From: a virus
Virus record (IMG/VR): IMGVR_UViG_3300034095_000847
Reading direction: 5' to 3' (one strand)
Length of the DNA: 64,000 nt
Under the pieces are notes generated by a model that worked only from the letters and a program-made list of their open reading frames with translations, was not told the DNA's origin and ran no database searches. Positions 48,682 through 58,546 of the stretch are shown one piece after another; the first letter of the stretch is position 1, and each line of letters begins with the position of its first letter. The position numbers were made by a program, and so were the translations under genes.

Positions 48682-50085
48682 ATGGAATTAAATCGTTCTG
48701 CCCTTTTAGAAAAATGGGCTCCTGTAATTGACGCTGATGGCGCTCCTGCTATTAAAGACTTTACTCGTCGTGGTGACTTAGCTGTTATCCTAGAAAACCA
48801 ACAACGTGAAATGAATGCTGCTAGTCAAGCTAACGGTATGCTTTTCGAAGCTGGTACAGGCGGTGTTTCTACTAACATTGGTGGTGGTGGCAACTATGGT
48901 GTCAATACTACTGGTACTGGTACATACAATGCTGGCGCTGCTGGTACTGGTGGTGTAGCTGGTTTTGATCCTGTGTTGATTAACTTAGTACGTCGTGCTA
49001 TGCCTCAGTTGATTGCATATGATGTTGCTGGTGTTCAACCAATGACTCAACCAACTGGTTTGATTTTTGCAATGAAATCTCGTTACACTAGTCCAAGTGG
49101 AACAGAAGCATTGTTTAACGAAGCAAACACTAGCTTTACTGGTACTTCAGGCGCTACTGGTACTGATCCTACCGGCGCTACTGGTTTATCAACTGGTTCA
49201 TACCAAACTGGTTTAGGTTTGTCTACTGCTAATGCTGAAATTTTAGGTTCTACTTCAGGTGAAGCATTTCCTGAAATGGCATTCTCAATTGAAAAAACTT
49301 CAGTTGTTGCTAAAACTCGTGCATTGAAAGCTGAATACTCTATCGAATTAGCACAAGACTTGAAATCAGTTCATGGTCTTGACGCTGAAGGCGAATTAAG
49401 CAAAATTCTTTCTACTGAAATTCTTGCTGAAATTAACCGTGAAGTTATTCGTACTATCTACACTGTTGCTAAACAAGGTGCTGCTGTTGGTACTGCTACT
49501 GCTGGTATTTTTGATCTTGACGTTGACTCTAATGGTCGTTGGTCAGTTGAAAAATTCAAAGGTTTGTTGTTCCAAATCGAAAGAGAAGCTAACGCTATCG
49601 CTCAACAAACACGTCGTGGACGTGGTAACTTCATCATCTGTTCTTCAGATGTTGCTTCTGCTTTAGCAATGGCTGGTGTATTAGATTATGCTCCTGCTCT
49701 TTCTACTGGTTTGAATGTTGATGAAGCATCTACTACTTTTGCTGGTATCTTAAACGGCAAATATAAAGTTTATGTTGATCCTTACACTGGTGGTAACAAC
49801 CCATCTGCTGCTGGTCTACAATTCTTTACTGTAGGTTATAAAGGTACTTCTGCGTTTGACGCTGGTTTGTTCTATTGCCCATATGTTCCATTGCAAATGG
49901 TTCGTGCGGTTGATCCACAAACTTTCCAACCTAAAATTGGCTTCAAAACTCGTTACGGTATGGTTGCTAACCCAATGGTTGATATTGATGACGCTTCAAT
50001 GTCTGCTACTTCAAATGCTGACAACTCAATGACAGCTCGTAAAAATTATTATTATCGGATCGTGAAAGTTACAAATTTAATGTAA
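48682..50085 (+). CDS. gp23: Major capsid protein
   Basis: DP.LI.LVRR.MP.LIA, GVQPM..PTGLIFA, R.LKAEYS.ELAQDLK..HGLDAE.EL and QPKIGFKTRYG motifs. Confidence 0.99.
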   Translation: MELNRSALLEKWAPVIDADGAPAIKDFTRRGDLAVILENQQREMNAASQANGMLFEAGTGGVSTNIGGGGNYGVNTTGTGTYNAGAAGTGGVAGFDPVLINLVRRAMPQLIAYDVAGVQPMTQPTGLIFAMKSRYTSPSGTEALFNEANTSFTGTSGATGTDPTGATGLSTGSYQTGLGLSTANAEILGSTSGEAFPEMAFSIEKTSVVAKTRALKAEYSIELAQDLKSVHGLDAEGELSKILSTEILAEINREVIRTIYTVAKQGAAVGTATAGIFDLDVDSNGRWSVEKFKGLLFQIEREANAIAQQTRRGRGNFIICSSDVASALAMAGVLDYAPALSTGLNVDEASTTFAGILNGKYKVYVDPYTGGNNPSAAGLQFFTVGYKGTSAFDAGLFYCPYVPLQMVRAVDPQTFQPKIGFKTRYGMVANPMVDIDDASMSATSNADNSMTARKNYYYRIVKVTNLM

Positions 50086-50116
50086 TAAAATCAATTACTT
50101 AGGTAATTTTAAAATT

Positions 50117-50143
50117 AGAAGGGTCTTTTGACCCTTCTTTTTT
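50117..50143 (+). terminator. Intrinsic terminator after gp23
   Basis: AGAAGGGTC-TTTT-GACCCTTCT plus T tract. Confidence 0.9.
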
Positions 50144-50176
50144 ATTTTGATAGATTAATGGCTTTAATAAATCATT

Positions 50177-50260
50177 AATAAATAAGTTGTAGATCACGGA
50201 TCCCTCAATCCTATCTACTCTAAACATTCTAACAACTATTAAGGAACAGTTATGTCCAGC
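50177..50260 (+). ncRNA. Conserved structured leader, copy 1 (late promoter, two-stem hairpin, RBS hairpin), upstream of an endonuclease
   Basis: Aligns to 52108-52192 with compensatory base changes. Confidence 0.6.
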
Positions 50261-51043
50261 ACAAATATATATTCAATATATCTTATAACAAATTTAATCA
50301 ATAATAAGAAATATATTGGTTATACATCAAATAAATTAGGTCATAGATTTAATGACCATTGTAAAACTACCAAACCAAAATATCAAGAAAGATCTCCTTT
50401 ATCTTTTGCTATTGAAAAATATGGCAAACACAATTTTTCTTATAATGTTATTTTGCAATCTAATGATTATGAATATTGCAGATTAATAGAAACTGATTTT
50501 ATTATTCAATATAATTCATTGACTTCTACTCAAGGAGGTCATGGTTATAATATAGATAAAGGCGGAAGGGGTCATAAAAGATCACCTGAAACTATTGAAA
50601 AACATAGACAAAAAATAAAAGGTAGACCTCAATCAGAAGAACATAAACTAAAAAAAGGGTTTAAATCGGGTAATCAAAGTGGTAAAAAAAATAAAGGTAA
50701 GACTCGTACAGAAGAGCAAAGAAAAACATATAGTGAAATGATGAAAAATAATATATCATCTGGAAAAAGATTAGCTTGTGGGGTTGACAGAGATTGGAAA
50801 AATGACTATCCAGAATCATTAAAAAAGATGAAACAAACAAAATATAATAATAGAATAATAAACAATAAATTTAAAAATGTAGTAATTAAAAATATAATAA
50901 CACAAGAATTACATCAACTAAACCATAATTATCAAGATTTCTTTAAAGAACATAACTTAAATAATTTTATGGCTAAATGTATAAAAAATAATGCATGTAA
51001 TATAAAAGGTTTTATGTTAGTTTCTTATGAATTAAATGGATAA
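50252..51043 (+). mobile_element. Free-standing GIY-YIG homing endonuclease (Seg-like) with NUMOD3-like repeats
   Basis: SIY.ITN.IN.K.YIG.T, R...H, E..FI..YNS, GYN motifs; basic KG..RS.E repeats; inserted between gp23 and gp3. Confidence 0.9.
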
Positions 51044-51048
51044 TTAGT

Positions 51049-51070
51049 GGGGCCGAAAGGCCCCTTTTTT
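51049..51070 (+). terminator. Intrinsic terminator
   Basis: GGGGCC-GAAA-GGCCCC plus TTTTTT. Confidence 0.9.
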
Positions 51071-51116
51071 ATGTCAGAAATATATAATAAATAGTAAAAC
51101 ACTATCAGGTACTATA

Positions 51117-51647
51117 ATGGCAATAACAACTACATGTCCGTTTCCAACAAATATAAATCCACTATCAAGTAATGGGTTTAATTTTTCTATTTCAAAATTA
51201 CCGGAAGTATCATTCTTTTGTCAAGAAATTAATCTTCCAGGTATGTCTTTACCTACATTTGAAGTGAACACTCCTTTATCGGCTTTGCCATTTAGTGGGG
51301 AAATACTTTCATTTGAAGATCTAAATATACAGTTTATTATAGATCAAAATATGAGTAATTATATTGCTGTATATAATTGGATGATAGGACTTGGTTTTCC
51401 AGAAGATAATAATCAATTTACTGATTTTATTAATTTACAAGATACAGGGTATAGTAGAACAAGTAAAGAATATTCTGATGCTACTTTGCAAATATTAGGA
51501 AGTAATAATCTACCGGTAAAAACTGTAAAGTTTATAGATATTCTACCATTGAATTTAAGTTCAATGAATTTTCTATCTACAAATACAGATGTATCATATT
51601 TAGTTGGGAATGTAACATTTAAAATAAGTAGATACGAATTTATATAA
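51117..51647 (+). CDS. gp3: Tail completion/sheath stabiliser
   Basis: N.LS..GF.F....LP.V.FFCQ...LPG, F..D..M.NY...Y.W and SDATL.IL motifs; AATAAATA at 51086. Confidence 0.92.
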   Translation: MAITTTCPFPTNINPLSSNGFNFSISKLPEVSFFCQEINLPGMSLPTFEVNTPLSALPFSGEILSFEDLNIQFIIDQNMSNYIAVYNWMIGLGFPEDNNQFTDFINLQDTGYSRTSKEYSDATLQILGSNNLPVKTVKFIDILPLNLSSMNFLSTNTDVSYLVGNVTFKISRYEFI

Positions 51648-51661
51648 TTTTTGAGGATATT

Positions 51662-52102
51662 ATGGCTACAATTGATGAACTTTTATCAGAATGGGATGAC
51701 GATTCTGTAATGGACGACAATCATATCTCGAATGAATCCATTCGAGTTCCAAAGTTGCATGCTAAGTATATAAGATATTTAATGCAGGCAAAACTTAAAG
51801 TTACAAAATATAATAATGATTATAATGTTCTAAAAAAGACTAAGTTTAGATACTATAGAGGCGAACTTTCAAGAGAAGAATTGTCTACCTTGCAATGGGA
51901 ACAATGGTTAGGTGTCAAACCTATGAAGAATGAGATGGATCAATTTCTTGATGGTGACACTGATCTTAACAATATGAAAGTTAAAATAGAATATTTACAA
52001 ACTATGAGTTACCTACTTGAATCTATCCTAGGTCAAATAAAAGCTAGAGATTGGCAATTAAAAACCGTTCTAGAACATAAAAAGTTTTTAGCTGGAAATT
52101 AA
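51662..52102 (+). CDS. uvsY: Recombination mediator
   Basis: W..DS..D, ES...P.LH.KY, YY.G, D.DL and R.WQ.K....KF..G motifs. Confidence 0.92.
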   Translation: MATIDELLSEWDDDSVMDDNHISNESIRVPKLHAKYIRYLMQAKLKVTKYNNDYNVLKKTKFRYYRGELSREELSTLQWEQWLGVKPMKNEMDQFLDGDTDLNNMKVKIEYLQTMSYLLESILGQIKARDWQLKTVLEHKKFLAGN

Positions 52103-52107
52103 AAATA

Positions 52108-52192
52108 TATAAATAAGTATAGGTCACGGAACTGCAATTCCTACCTATTCTAAACATTCTAACAACTATTACAAGGAACAGTTATGTCCAGC
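52108..52192 (+). ncRNA. Conserved structured leader, copy 2
   Basis: TATAAATA, then ATAGGT-CAC-GGAA-CTGCAA-TTCC-T-ACCTAT and the shared linker/RBS. Confidence 0.6.
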
Positions 52193-52876
52193 GAAACTAT
52201 ATATCAAGAAATAATTCCAACATATCTCTATATAAAACAACATTCAATTACTGGTCTAAAATACTTTGGTAAAACAACCAATGATCCTTATACCTATAAT
52301 GGATCTGGAGTTTATTGGAATGATCATATTAAAAAGCATGGTAAAGAACATATAGTTACATTATGGGTGTCTAATCTATTTCATGATAAATCTATTGTTG
52401 ATTATGCTTTACATTTCTCAGAAGAGAACAATATTGTAGAATCCAAAGAATGGGCAAACCAAAAACCAGAAAATGGTTTAGAAGGCGGGGCAACTACTAA
52501 TGGAAAAATATGGATTAATAATGGTGTAACTAATTTGTATATACATAAATATGATCTTATACCACTAGGTTATAAAAAAGGAAGATTGTGCAAATTTAAT
52601 GACCCTAATTTTCAAAGGGAAATGTCTTCTAAGGTAGATAGGATTAAACAATCAAATGCTATGAAACAAAAATGGAATGAAGGAACGTTTATTAGAGATC
52701 ATTCTAAATGTGGTAAAAAAGGTGCAGATAATGTCTCAAAAAGACCTGAAGTTAGAAATAAACTGTCTATAGTCGCTAAAAATAGACCCCTGATAACGTG
52801 TCCGCATTGTACTAAAATAGGAATAACCTCTCCTGGAATGTTTAAACACCATTTTGATAATTGTAAAAATAAATGA
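52184..52876 (+). mobile_element. Free-standing GIY-YIG-like homing endonuclease with C-terminal Zn-finger-like motif
   Basis: PTYLYIK.H..TGLKYFGKT..PY.Y.GSG..W..H.KKHG, WINNG and CPHC...HFDNC motifs; inserted between uvsY and uvsW. Confidence 0.8.
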
Positions 52877-54360
52877 TTAAAGTTGAAAAATTTAATGAAT
52901 CTTATATTAGAATATTTTCTGATAAATCCATTGAACAAGAACTATCTGATTTCTTTAAATTTAGAGTTAAAGGATATCAATATATGCCAGCATATAAAGC
53001 TGGCATGTTTGATGGGTTTGTTAGACTGTATAACCTGCAAACTAAAACTCTTTATGCTGGTTTATTACAGTATGTTAAAGAATTTGCAAATAGAAATGAT
53101 TATGAATTAACTATTGGCAAAGGTATAGAGAATTCAAATACATATTCTGAAAAAGATATTCAATTATTTGCAGATAGTCTTAATTTATCTGCTAGAGGTC
53201 AACCTATATCACTTAGAGATTATCAAGTAGATGCTCTTTTAAAAGCTCTTAATAGAAATAGAGTAACATTATTAAGTCCTACCGCTTCAGGTAAATCCGG
53301 TATTTTGTATGCTATAATGAGATGGCATCTAAATGCAAATAGAAAATTACTTCTGATAGTACCTAATACCATGCTTGTTGAACAAATGTATTCAGATTTT
53401 GCCGATTATTCAAGCGCAAATGGATTTGATGTTGAACATAATGTACAAAAACTATATTCAGGATTTACAAAGGATTTTACTAAAAATGTTCTTATCTCTA
53501 CATGGCAATCATTAATTACTATAAAACAAAAATCCTTTTATCAGCAATTTGATGTGGCTATGGTTGATGAATGTCATCTTGCTAAAGCTGCTTCTATATC
53601 TGGTATTATGGAAAAATGTGTTAATACCAAATACAGGATTGGGGCTACAGGTACTATTGACGAAAGTTCTAAAACTAATAAACTAACACTTGAAGGATTA
53701 TTTGGACCAGTATATCAGGTAACTACAACCAAAAAATTAATGGATGAAGGTTCAGTAGTTAATCTAAAAATCAAGCAATTAATTCTTAAATATGATGAAG
53801 AAACATGTAAGATGTTTAAAGGTACTGAGTATATTAAAGAACTTGATTGGTTAGTTACAAATCCTGTCAGAAATAAATTTATACGGAATTTAGCAATATC
53901 TACTACAGGCAATACTCTAGTACTTTTCAACTATGTACAAAAACATGGCAAAGTAATATATGAAGATATAAAAAATAAAGTACATCAAGATAGACCTGTA
54001 TTTTATATTCATGGAGGAGTTGATACAAAAGATCGTGAAGAAATTAGAAATGTATGCAGTAAATATAATAATGCAATAATAGTAGCCTCGTACGCGACTA
54101 TGAGTACAGGTACTAATATGCCTTCAATAGAAAATATTATATTTGCTCATCCTTCAAAATCTAAAATAAGAAATCTTCAATCTATTGGTAGAGGTCTACG
54201 TTTAAATGATGGTAAAAATGAATGCCGGCTTTTTGATTTAGTTGATGATCTACATTGGAAGTCTTGGAAGAATACCACGTTAACCCATGGCATAGAGAGA
54301 TATAAGATATATATTACGGAGCAGTTTTTAGTTAACATAGTTGAAGTGGTGTTGAAATGA
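52873..54360 (+). CDS. uvsW: SF2 DNA helicase
   Basis: RDYQ, SPTASGKS, DECH, GATGT and LQSIGRGLR motifs. Confidence 0.97.
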   Translation: MIKVEKFNESYIRIFSDKSIEQELSDFFKFRVKGYQYMPAYKAGMFDGFVRLYNLQTKTLYAGLLQYVKEFANRNDYELTIGKGIENSNTYSEKDIQLFADSLNLSARGQPISLRDYQVDALLKALNRNRVTLLSPTASGKSGILYAIMRWHLNANRKLLLIVPNTMLVEQMYSDFADYSSANGFDVEHNVQKLYSGFTKDFTKNVLISTWQSLITIKQKSFYQQFDVAMVDECHLAKAASISGIMEKCVNTKYRIGATGTIDESSKTNKLTLEGLFGPVYQVTTTKKLMDEGSVVNLKIKQLILKYDEETCKMFKGTEYIKELDWLVTNPVRNKFIRNLAISTTGNTLVLFNYVQKHGKVIYEDIKNKVHQDRPVFYIHGGVDTKDREEIRNVCSKYNNAIIVASYATMSTGTNMPSIENIIFAHPSKSKIRNLQSIGRGLRLNDGKNECRLFDLVDDLHWKSWKNTTLTHGIERYKIYITEQFLVNIVEVVLK

Positions 54361-54719
54361 TTGAGCATGAATATATTACCTTAAAGTTAGTTAATGGAGA
54401 TAACGTCATATGTGTAAAAATAGGTGAGGATGATCATAAATTTATAATTATGTACCCTATCCAAATGAAAACCGTCAACTTTGATTTTGAAGGTAAAAAT
54501 AAAGAAGTATTAGCCGGTTCTCCTTGGTGTTCTTTTACAGATGAACAAATCTTTACAATATGGAAAGATGATGTCATAATCATTAAACCTTTAAATGAAT
54601 CTACTATTGAATACTATAAACGTCTTATAGATGTTCAAATAGGTCAATTAGTATTACCTGAAGAGGAATATGATTTAGAAACAATTAGTTTTAATCTATC
54701 TAATGAAACAATACATTAA
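54357..54719 (+). CDS. Conserved hypothetical protein (Sm-like fold candidate) between uvsW and gp55
   Basis: KLVNG...I, PW and YY pattern; ends in TIH as is common for this gene. Confidence 0.65.
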   Translation: MIEHEYITLKLVNGDNVICVKIGEDDHKFIIMYPIQMKTVNFDFEGKNKEVLAGSPWCSFTDEQIFTIWKDDVIIIKPLNESTIEYYKRLIDVQIGQLVLPEEEYDLETISFNLSNETIH

Positions 54720-54723
54720 CCTA

Positions 54724-54771
54724 GAAAAACCTGGTATAACCAGTATATCACAAAAGTAAACAGTTGTAAAC
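54724..54771 (-). promoter_or_regulatory. Repeated element, copy 2: antisense early-like promoter
   Basis: Minus strand GTTTACA-17 bp-TATACT; first 38 bp identical to 8523-8560. Confidence 0.7.
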
Positions 54772-54794
54772 AGTAAAATAAAAATATATTTTAA

Positions 54795-54823
54795 TGTACT
54801 TTTTATCAATCATAGGATATAAT
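54795..54823 (+). promoter_or_regulatory. Sigma70-like promoter for gp55
   Basis: TGTACT-17 bp-TATAAT. Confidence 0.65.
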
Positions 54824-54853
54824 AGTTCTATATTATAAATTGAGGGAGTAGAA

Positions 54854-55393
54854 ATGAGCAAGAAACTAAATTATATTAATAATGAAGAATTCTTTGTAGC
54901 TATGCAAGAACGTATTGCTTTAGTTAAGGATTGTGAATCAAAGGGAATTCCCAAACCTAGAATCTCTGAATATATTGGTGGATGTATATTTAAGATTGCT
55001 ACTAATTTCTCCAATCTTAGAAGCTTTAATGGATATTCATTTAAAGAGGATATGATTCTTGATGGAGTAGAAAATTGTTTAAAGGTTATTGATAATTTTG
55101 ATGAGAATAAAACACATAATCCTTTTTCCTATTTTACTCAAATTGTTTATTTTGCGTTTCTACGTAGAATAGCAAAAGAGAAACGACAAGTCTATATTAG
55201 AAGCAAACTACTTACCTCAAATGCTTTAGATCTTACTGAACTACAAGCTCATGATGAACAGGGAGATTTCACTAATAATTATATTGAATACATGAAAGCA
55301 TATAATAATTTTGATGGTTCTTCATTTGAAAAACCTAAAAAGGAAAAGATTAAAAAAGAAGTGTACTCACCTTTAGAAGATTTTTATAATTAA
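54854..55393 (+). CDS. gp55: Late-transcription sigma factor
   Basis: Y.NN.EF, YIG.C..KIA, F..YSF.EDM..DG.ENC and NPF.YFTQI...AF.RRI.KEK motifs. Confidence 0.97.
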   Translation: MSKKLNYINNEEFFVAMQERIALVKDCESKGIPKPRISEYIGGCIFKIATNFSNLRSFNGYSFKEDMILDGVENCLKVIDNFDENKTHNPFSYFTQIVYFAFLRRIAKEKRQVYIRSKLLTSNALDLTELQAHDEQGDFTNNYIEYMKAYNNFDGSSFEKPKKEKIKKEVYSPLEDFYN

Positions 55394-55411
55394 TTATTGA
55401 GAGAATATATT

Positions 55412-55594
55412 ATGAATGAAGTTATAAAGCAATATCGTTTATTTGATGAAGAATCTAAAAGATGGGAAGATTGGAAAACTTTAGAAAATTATGAAAAAGA
55501 ACATACAATCAAGTATGCAATAGCTCAAGGATGTAAGTGCCAACTTAAAACATTTGAACAAACAAGTATTGAAGGTTGGGGGTTGAATGAATAA
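55412..55594 (+). CDS. Small hypothetical protein
   Basis: GAGAG RBS then ATG 55412; overlaps the gp47 start. Confidence 0.55.
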   Translation: MNEVIKQYRLFDEESKRWEDWKTLENYEKEHTIKYAIAQGCKCQLKTFEQTSIEGWGLNE

Positions 55595-56645
55595 GGTTTG
55601 TTTAATAACTGACCAGCATTTCGGAGCTAGAACAGGTTCTACAATTATAATTGACCATCAACGTAAATTTTATGAAGAGGTATTCTTTCCATATCTTTCT
55701 AAAAATAATATTGACACAGTTATTATTTTAGGTGATACTTTTGATACTCGTAAATTTACTAACAATTATGTTATAGAACAAAGTAAATTATTTTTCTTTA
55801 ATCAATTAAAAGACAGAAATATAACTGTCTATATGATAGTTGGTAATCATGATATCTATTTTAAACAAACCATTTATCCAAACACTCCTAGTTTGTTATT
55901 GGCAGAATATGATAATATTAGTCTTATAGAATATGCTCAAACTGTTTCTATCAAAGGTATTGATGTTGCAATGATACCTTGGATCTGTAATGATAATTAT
56001 GAAGAATGTTATGAAGAGATTAGAAGTTCACTATCTGATATCTGTATGGGTCATTTCGAGATAGGTGGATTTCAAATGTATCGTGGCGTAGAATCCCATG
56101 GAGGCATGTCAAGTTTAATGTTTGATCGATATGACAAAACCTTCTCAGGTCATTATCATCATAGGTCTACCAAGAACAATATTACCTATCTTGGAACTCC
56201 ATATGAGATTACTTGGCAAGATTACGCTGATCCAAAAGGATTTCATATGTTTGATCTTGCAACACGAGAACTTGAATTTATTGAGAATCCAAATAAATTA
56301 TTTGTGAAACTAGAATATAATGATTTAAACCAAGAACCAGTTGATCTAAGTAATATAGATATTAAAGACACTTATGTTAAACTTATAGTGGTTAACAAAA
56401 CTGATTATTACAAATATGACACATTCTTGACTAAATTATATAATAAAGGTGCTCATGAAATTAAGATTATTGAAGACATTGGAGACTTCTCTTCAGGTGA
56501 ACTATCTGATGATATTAAATTAGAAGATACACAATCTGTTTTAAACCATTATATTGAATCTATAGAGACTGATATAGAAACATCAAAGATAAAATCTTAT
56601 GTGCAGTCTTTATATACAGAAGCATTAAATAGTGAAATTGCATAA
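55587..56645 (+). CDS. gp47: Recombination nuclease subunit (Mre11/SbcD-like)
   Basis: TD.HFG, LGD.FD.RK, GNHD, GHFE and SGHYH metallophosphoesterase motifs. Confidence 0.96.
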   Translation: MNKVCLITDQHFGARTGSTIIIDHQRKFYEEVFFPYLSKNNIDTVIILGDTFDTRKFTNNYVIEQSKLFFFNQLKDRNITVYMIVGNHDIYFKQTIYPNTPSLLLAEYDNISLIEYAQTVSIKGIDVAMIPWICNDNYEECYEEIRSSLSDICMGHFEIGGFQMYRGVESHGGMSSLMFDRYDKTFSGHYHHRSTKNNITYLGTPYEITWQDYADPKGFHMFDLATRELEFIENPNKLFVKLEYNDLNQEPVDLSNIDIKDTYVKLIVVNKTDYYKYDTFLTKLYNKGAHEIKIIEDIGDFSSGELSDDIKLEDTQSVLNHYIESIETDIETSKIKSYVQSLYTEALNSEIA

Positions 56646-58363
56646 TGTCTACATTACATTTTAAGTACATTAGTTACAAAAACTTTCTATCGACAGGTAA
56701 TGTTGAAAATAAAATCCTATTAGATAAGTCAAGAACTACCTTGATTATGGGTAAAAATGGTGATGGCAAATCTACCATACTTGATGCCATAACATTTTGT
56801 TTATTTGGTAAACCTTTCCGTGATATTAAATTAGGCCAGTTAGTTAACTCTATTAATGGCAAACAACTATTAGTAACATGTGAATTCCTTATTGGTATTA
56901 AATCTTACAAGATTATCCGTGGAATAAAGCCCGGTATATTTGAGATATATTGTAATGATGTCTTATTGAATCAAGAAGCGGCAAATAAAGATTACCAAAA
57001 GATTTTAGAACAACAGATACTTAGACTTAACTATAAAACCTTTACACAGGTAGTTATTCTAGGTTCAGCATCTTTTGTTCCATTCATGCAACTTAAATCT
57101 AGTCAACGTAGAGAAGTTGTTGAAGATATTTTGGATATCCGTATCTTCTCGGTAATGAATCAAATATTGAAGGATCGTGTAGCATCAACAAAAGATTCTA
57201 TCGCAAGATTAGAATCAGATATTAAAATAGCACGAGCAAAAGTTGAGTCTCAGACTGCTATAATTTCAGCAATGAATAATGCAAAGTCTGATACTGTTAG
57301 ATTATTATTGGATAAAATTACTAAAAATGATCATCAAATTGAGCAATCACAAGTAACTTCCGATTTACTAGCAGCAGAACTAGTTCATTTAAGAGAAAAG
57401 ATTAGTGACAAAGATAAACTTGATGAAGATATTCAAGGTGTTAATAGGTTACTTAGCAAAGTTACTGCAATCCATAATCATCATGTAACACACAAACATT
57501 TCTTTTGCGAAAATGATGTATGTTCAACGTGTTCACAGGAAATTACCGATGAATATAAACAAATAGTAGTTGCAGATATTCAATCTAAAATAGATGAGGA
57601 AGATTCTAAACTCCAAGCTTTGGAAAAAGCTTATGCTAATCTAAAAGAATCTTTGAAAAATATTCAACTAATACAAAATAATATTACCGATAAAAATATT
57701 GAGTTATCGACAACAAATAGTACTATCACTCTATTGAATAGACAAAACTCTCAGTTCCTTACAGAGATTGAAGGTGTAGAACAAAATACTACAAACGTAG
57801 ATGAAGAGAAACGTAAATTAAAAGAACTTGCAAATAGTACTATAGAACAAATAACTGAGAAAACCTCCTTGATGGAACTTAGAGGGTTACAAGATATTTC
57901 AAATCAGTTGCTTAAAGATACTGGAATTAAGACTGCTATTATCCGTGAGTATCTACCTGTAATGAATACTTTGATTAATAAGTATCTTGCAATTATGGAC
58001 ACGTATATTAAGTTTGAATTAGATGAGTCATTCAATGAAACTATTAAGTCAAGATTTCGAGATGAGTTTACATATGCATCATTTTCTGAAGGAGAAAAAC
58101 GTAAACTTGATGTGGCAATCCTATTTGCTTGGAGACAAATAGCTAGACTTAAGAATTCAGTCAATACTAATTTGTTAATATTAGATGAGATTTTCGATTC
58201 GTCTCTGGATTCTAGTGCTACAGATTTATTGCTTCAATTACTAGATGAAGTCTCGAAGGACACAAATGTATTTGTCATCAGTCATAAAGGGGACATATTA
58301 AATGACAAATTTCATTCAATCCTGAAGGTGGAAAAACGCAATGAATTTTCAGTCATAGTTTGA
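56645..58363 (+). CDS. gp46: Recombination ATPase subunit (Rad50/SbcC-like)
   Basis: G.NG.GKST, CSTC zinc hook, FSEGEK signature, LDE.FD and ISH motifs. Confidence 0.97.
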   Translation: MSTLHFKYISYKNFLSTGNVENKILLDKSRTTLIMGKNGDGKSTILDAITFCLFGKPFRDIKLGQLVNSINGKQLLVTCEFLIGIKSYKIIRGIKPGIFEIYCNDVLLNQEAANKDYQKILEQQILRLNYKTFTQVVILGSASFVPFMQLKSSQRREVVEDILDIRIFSVMNQILKDRVASTKDSIARLESDIKIARAKVESQTAIISAMNNAKSDTVRLLLDKITKNDHQIEQSQVTSDLLAAELVHLREKISDKDKLDEDIQGVNRLLSKVTAIHNHHVTHKHFFCENDVCSTCSQEITDEYKQIVVADIQSKIDEEDSKLQALEKAYANLKESLKNIQLIQNNITDKNIELSTTNSTITLLNRQNSQFLTEIEGVEQNTTNVDEEKRKLKELANSTIEQITEKTSLMELRGLQDISNQLLKDTGIKTAIIREYLPVMNTLINKYLAIMDTYIKFELDESFNETIKSRFRDEFTYASFSEGEKRKLDVAILFAWRQIARLKNSVNTNLLILDEIFDSSLDSSATDLLLQLLDEVSKDTNVFVISHKGDILNDKFHSILKVEKRNEFSVIV

Positions 58364-58546
58364 TTCTAACATATTGATTCTATTTAATAAAGTGAAAAAA
58401 TAATGCGTTCGGTGCACACCTTTTTATTTTAAGGGTGATATATCTACCATATTGTGCAAAAAACCCACTTTTTCATAAAAATAGTATATTATAATCAATA
58501 ACTTAGAAGTGCACTTTTTCACACTCTAGGATAATTTTAAAATACT

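Noticed and set aside
50090-52876. Group I introns housing the two endonucleases
   Set aside because: Flanking genes (gp23, gp3, uvsY, uvsW) are intact and the non-coding flanks are too short for an intron core; the nucleases are free-standing
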